From assembly GCA_041640575.1 (NCBI GenBank), contig JBEPZZ010000057.1, forward strand, positions 1 to 11,238: a stretch of 11,238 bases of DNA, written 5' to 3'. The DNA is from Pseudothermotoga sp. Its GTDB lineage: Bacteria; Thermotogota; Thermotogae; Thermotogales; DSM-5069. The notes beneath the pieces are model-generated. The model had not been told where the DNA came from. It saw nothing but the letters and a program-made list of their open reading frames with translations, and searched no databases. Below, piece after piece: positions 9,501 to 11,238 of this stretch; position 1 is the first letter of the stretch; each line of letters opens with the position of its first letter. Position numbers and translations under genes: made by a program.

Positions 9501-10033
9501 AACCAGGCACCTCTTGCTGGCAAAAAGTGAGCTATGTACAGAGGTTCAGGAGTCTGAGTTTTAGAAACTTCTGTTACAAAATAAACGCCAGGTGCCCTGA
9601 CTAACTGACTGACTACAACTCGTTCAGCACCGTTCACAATGAAGGTACCATTTTCAGTCATATAAGGTATAGATCCAAGAAAAGCCTCTTCTTCTCTCAT
9701 TTCACCGGTGTTGGTATCTGTTATCCTAACAACTGCGTACACAGGAACAGAATAAGTTATACCTTTCTCTCTACATTCTTCAGGCGATTTATCGGGATGT
9801 CCAACTCTGGCAGCAACGAATTCAAGGACAAAACCCTTCTCTCCGCGTCTCAGATCACCTCTGTGAGGCTGCGAGGTTATCGGGGAGAACTTCTTTAGTA
9901 TTCTGAGCAAGCCATTCTCGAGGAAGTCCTTATATGAGTCCTTTTGAACGGATATCAGGTCCGGAACGGGTACTACTTCTTGAATGCGACCGAAGCTAAG
10001 ACGTTCACGCCTTCCATAGCGAACTATCCTCAT
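6512..10033 (-). CDS. rpoB: DNA-directed RNA polymerase subunit beta (1173 aa from the re-assigned start)
   Basis: Motifs [62 protein letters not shown] and [15 protein letters not shown]. Start moved from 10123 to ATG 10033 because it follows SD GAGGTGA (10044-10038) and gives a typical [15 protein letters not shown]-terminus. The extra 30 aa in the ORF track are not RpoB-like. Confidence 0.99.
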   Translation of the reverse strand: MRIVRYGRRERLSFGRIQEVVPVPDLISVQKDSYKDFLENGLLRILKKFSPITSQPHRGDLRRGEKGFVLEFVAARVGHPDKSPEECREKGITYSVPVYAVVRITDTNTGEMREEEAFLGSIPYMTENGTFIVNGAERVVVSQLVRAPGVYFVTEVSKTQTPEPLYIAHFLPARGAWLEILFNPAEELFYARIDRKRRINLFLLLKAIGYESDLEILDLFPDFVDAEDEYSLEKAIGSIVLEDISINGTKIVDRGDPLTKEAVEIIRNSKIKVVKRAHPAAQKTLEKLKDAYGDVDSNKAFVEIYRKLKPGEIPRVATAKAYLMGLYFTTERFELTEVGRYKINRRLTQAYRDYLKQVAGVSKKEAEEAEYNVDQLALTPLDIVLASRYLLEVSKNPEIMDTKDHLGNKRVRTVGELIEGELEKALARAQKLIQDRLALYSSLDKISVPSLINIKTIIAGINQFFATSPLSQFMEQVNPLAELTHKRRLTAVGPGGLKRERARFEVRDVHHSHYGRMCPIETPEGGNIGLITSLAVYAGIDKFGFLVTPYRKVVNGRLTNEIVYLTADEEEYYNIAPCTIRLDKDMNIIDERVPVRYMEKVQYVERDKVQFMDISTKQIVSVSTALIPFLEHDDANRALMGSNMQRQAVPLLKPEAPFVATGMEYDAARYSVFVFFAKNDGVVKKVDARRIIIHRTDKQGNLMYNEGKPILDEYRLMKFIRTNQDTTINQRPIVNVGDFVKSGDAIADGPATDMGELALGRNVLVAFMPWEGYNFEDAILVSQELLEDDAFTSIHIEVFETQARDTRLGPEEITADIPNVGKEQLRNLDEKGIVRIGAYVGPQDILVGKVTPKGEGETTPEEKIIRSVFGERGKDVKDSSLRLPHGTDGRVIGVKVFDKDEEGTDLGPGVNKLIRVYVASRKTLEIGDKLAGRHGNKGVVSMILPKEDMPFLPDGTPIQMVLSPLGVPSRMNVGQIFETHLGWLAKLTNNWFASPVFDGAKEDQILPWLYEERRVMNLEIGDDENNPSGKVLLRDGRTGEPFGKPVVVGYMYMMKLIHIAKDKIHARSTGPYSLIHQQPLGGKAQFGGQRFGEMEVWALEAHGASHTLNEMLTIKSDDIRGRNEVYKAILKGKNIPEPGIPESFKVLVKELRGIALDVRVFDENGNEVDIDTI

Positions 10034-10111
10034 TTTATCACCTCTACCTAATTCGCGGTAAAAATCGAAGGAATTTTTGCGAGAGCACAGAAAGTGTAGG
10101 GTCACTATTAA

Positions 10112-10141
10112 ATGATAACACACAAAAACCTATACCAGCAA
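10112..10141 (-). promoter_or_regulatory. Putative sigma70-type promoter for rpoBC overlapping the rplL terminator
   Basis: Minus strand: TTGCTG (10141-10136), 18-nt spacer, TATCAT (10117-10112), with an extended -10 TG at 10120-10119. Motif match only. Confidence 0.4.
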
Positions 10142-10156
10142 AGCTGGTATAGGTTT
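10121..10156 (-). terminator. Intrinsic terminator/attenuator between rplL and rpoB
   Basis: Perfect 14-bp inverted repeat AAACCTATACCAGC-ttt-GCTGGTATAGGTTT (10156-10126). The stem ends in and is followed by TTTTTGTGTG on the minus strand, 38 nt after the rplL stop. Confidence 0.85.
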
Positions 10157-10194
10157 GATACAATTTCTTCGTCGGACGGAAAAACGCATTTACA

Positions 10195-10587
10195 TTATTT
10201 CAATATAACCTCTGCACCTGCTTCTTCAAGCTTTTTCTTTATATCCTCTGCTTCATTCTTCGGAGCACCGGATTTAACAATTGCATCTGGACTTCCAGCT
10301 TTTTCTACAAGATCCTTAGCTTCCTTCAGGCCAAGACCTGTGACCTCTCTCACCACTTTGATAACTCCAACTTTGTTGGCACCAAAGCTCTTCAGAATAA
10401 CATCAAATTCGGTCTTTTCTTCAGCCTTAGCTTCTGGTGCCGCTGTGGGTGCTGGTCCTGCAACAGCTGCAACCGCAACTGGGGCAGCTGCAGTAACGCC
10501 AAATTTTTCTTCAAGTGCTTTAACGAGCTGAGCAAGCTCAGCTACTGTTAACTTTTCAATAGCTTCCACAATCTGTTCAATATTCAT
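10195..10587 (-). CDS. rplL: 50S ribosomal protein L7/L12 (bL12)
   Basis: 130 aa with [19 protein letters not shown], an Ala/Pro hinge, [34 protein letters not shown] and [17 protein letters not shown] at 10601-10596. Confidence 0.99.
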   Translation of the reverse strand: MNIEQIVEAIEKLTVAELAQLVKALEEKFGVTAAAPVAVAAVAGPAPTAAPEAKAEEKTEFDVILKSFGANKVGVIKVVREVTGLGLKEAKDLVEKAGSPDAIVKSGAPKNEAEDIKKKLEEAGAEVILK

Positions 10588-10602
10588 TCTACCACACCTC
10601 CG

Positions 10603-11148
10603 TTATGAATTAGATTTCTTCTCTTCCACTGCCTTCAAAACATACAAGACTTTTCTCATTGTTCCAGTCAACACATACAGAAGACCAGAAATAGGCGCCT
10701 GTAACCTTCCAACAACTGTTGCGTAAAGTTCTTTCTTACTCGGCAAGTTAGCAAGAACAGGAACTTGCTCACCAGTAAAGGGTTTGCGCTCAAGAAGACC
10801 ACCTTTGAAAATCGCCTCTAGTTTGCGCTCCTTTGCAAAGTTGTTAATGATTCTGAGAGCCTCGACAGGATCCTCGTCCTTGACGTAAATAACTGCCGTC
10901 GGACCTGTTAGACAAGAGATAAAATCTTTTTCATCATATCCGGCGTTCTTTAGAGCTATACGGGCTAGGGTGTTCTTTATAACCTTCAAATGTGCCTTTG
11001 CTGCATACTTTGAGTATATTCTTCGCCTGATTTCTCTCATTGTTGCAACGTTGAACCCGCTGTAATTAATGAACAGAATCAGTGACGAACCTGCAAAATC
11101 ACTTTGCAATGTTTCTACTATTTGCTGCTTTTGCTCCTTAGTTAGCAT
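10603..11148 (-). CDS. rplJ: 50S ribosomal protein L10 (uL10)
   Basis: 181 aa with MLTKEQKQQIVE, KVIKNTLARIA, LTGPTAV, FKGGLLE and LANLPSKKELY. SD AGGAGGT at 11160-11154. Canonical rplJ-rplL-rpoB-rpoC order. Confidence 0.98.
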   Translation of the reverse strand: MLTKEQKQQIVETLQSDFAGSSLILFINYSGFNVATMREIRRRIYSKYAAKAHLKVIKNTLARIALKNAGYDEKDFISCLTGPTAVIYVKDEDPVEALRIINNFAKERKLEAIFKGGLLERKPFTGEQVPVLANLPSKKELYATVVGRLQAPISGLLYVLTGTMRKVLYVLKAVEEKKSNS

Positions 11149-11163
11149 GTTGCACCTCCTTTC

Positions 11164-11198
11164 AAAATAAAGGGGTCTCCTTTAATACCTGAGACCCC
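11164..11198 (-). terminator. Terminator-like hairpin in the rplJ leader (possible attenuator)
   Basis: 8-bp stem GGGGTCTC / GAGACCCC with an 11-nt loop, followed by TTTATTTT on the minus strand, ending 3 nt before the rplJ SD. Confidence 0.75.
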
Positions 11199-11238
11199 GC
11201 ACAACAAAGTGCACATCTACGTCGCCTCTGTAGGCGGG
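11199..11238 (-). ncRNA. 3' portion of a probable L10 leader cis-regulatory RNA (truncated by the window edge)
   Basis: It lies upstream of rplJ, and CCCGCCTACAGAGG resembles the CCUAC/CCUGC-n-GAGG 3' strand of L10 leaders. Small hairpins CGCCT/AGGCG (11223-11236) and GCAC/GTGC (11199-11212) are present. The 5' half is outside the window. Confidence 0.55.

Noticed and set aside
1543..10033. Intein, intron, split rpoC or rpoB-rpoC fusion as explanation for the unusual lengths
   Set aside because: I saw no intein splice or LAGLIDADG motifs. Both ORFs are continuous and separated by a stop, a 22-nt spacer and an SD. The extra length is explained by SBHM and BBM2-like inserts, and there is no trigger-loop (SI3) insertion.
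10034..10123. 30-aa N-terminal extension of RpoB in the ORF track
   Set aside because: It starts inside the terminator U-tract with no SD. The ATG at 10033 has an SD and a canonical N-terminus.
10112..10531. 139-aa plus-strand ORF antisense to rplL
   Set aside because: Mirror of the Ala-rich rplL codons, and it runs through the terminator palindrome.
1..11238. CRISPR array, tRNA/rRNA, IS element or novel multi-gene system
   Set aside because: Almost all bases are accounted for by recognised genes. The spacers are short and contain no regularly spaced repeats, cloverleaf or terminal inverted repeats.

Overview
Core transcription/translation locus of a bacterium, most likely Thermotogota (inferred from the RpoC insertion pattern, the [11 protein letters not shown]-terminus and the long L10 C-terminal helix). 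The minus strand carries the 3' part of a probable L10 leader with a terminator hairpin, then rplJ, rplL, a terminator overlapping a possible promoter, rpoB (true start most likely 10033, not 10123) and rpoC. A hairpin terminator separates rpoC from a convergent plus-strand THUMP/RlmL-like rRNA methyltransferase gene. The 5' end of a divergent TldD/PmbA-like gene runs off the left edge and is missing from the ORF track. I found no mobile element, CRISPR array, tRNA/rRNA or clearly novel multi-gene system. The observations most worth checking are several substitutions in the RpoB rifampicin pocket, repeated modules inserted in RpoC and RpoB, an anomalous homopolymer-rich patch in rpoB, and the cis-regulatory hairpins upstream of rplJ and rpoB.
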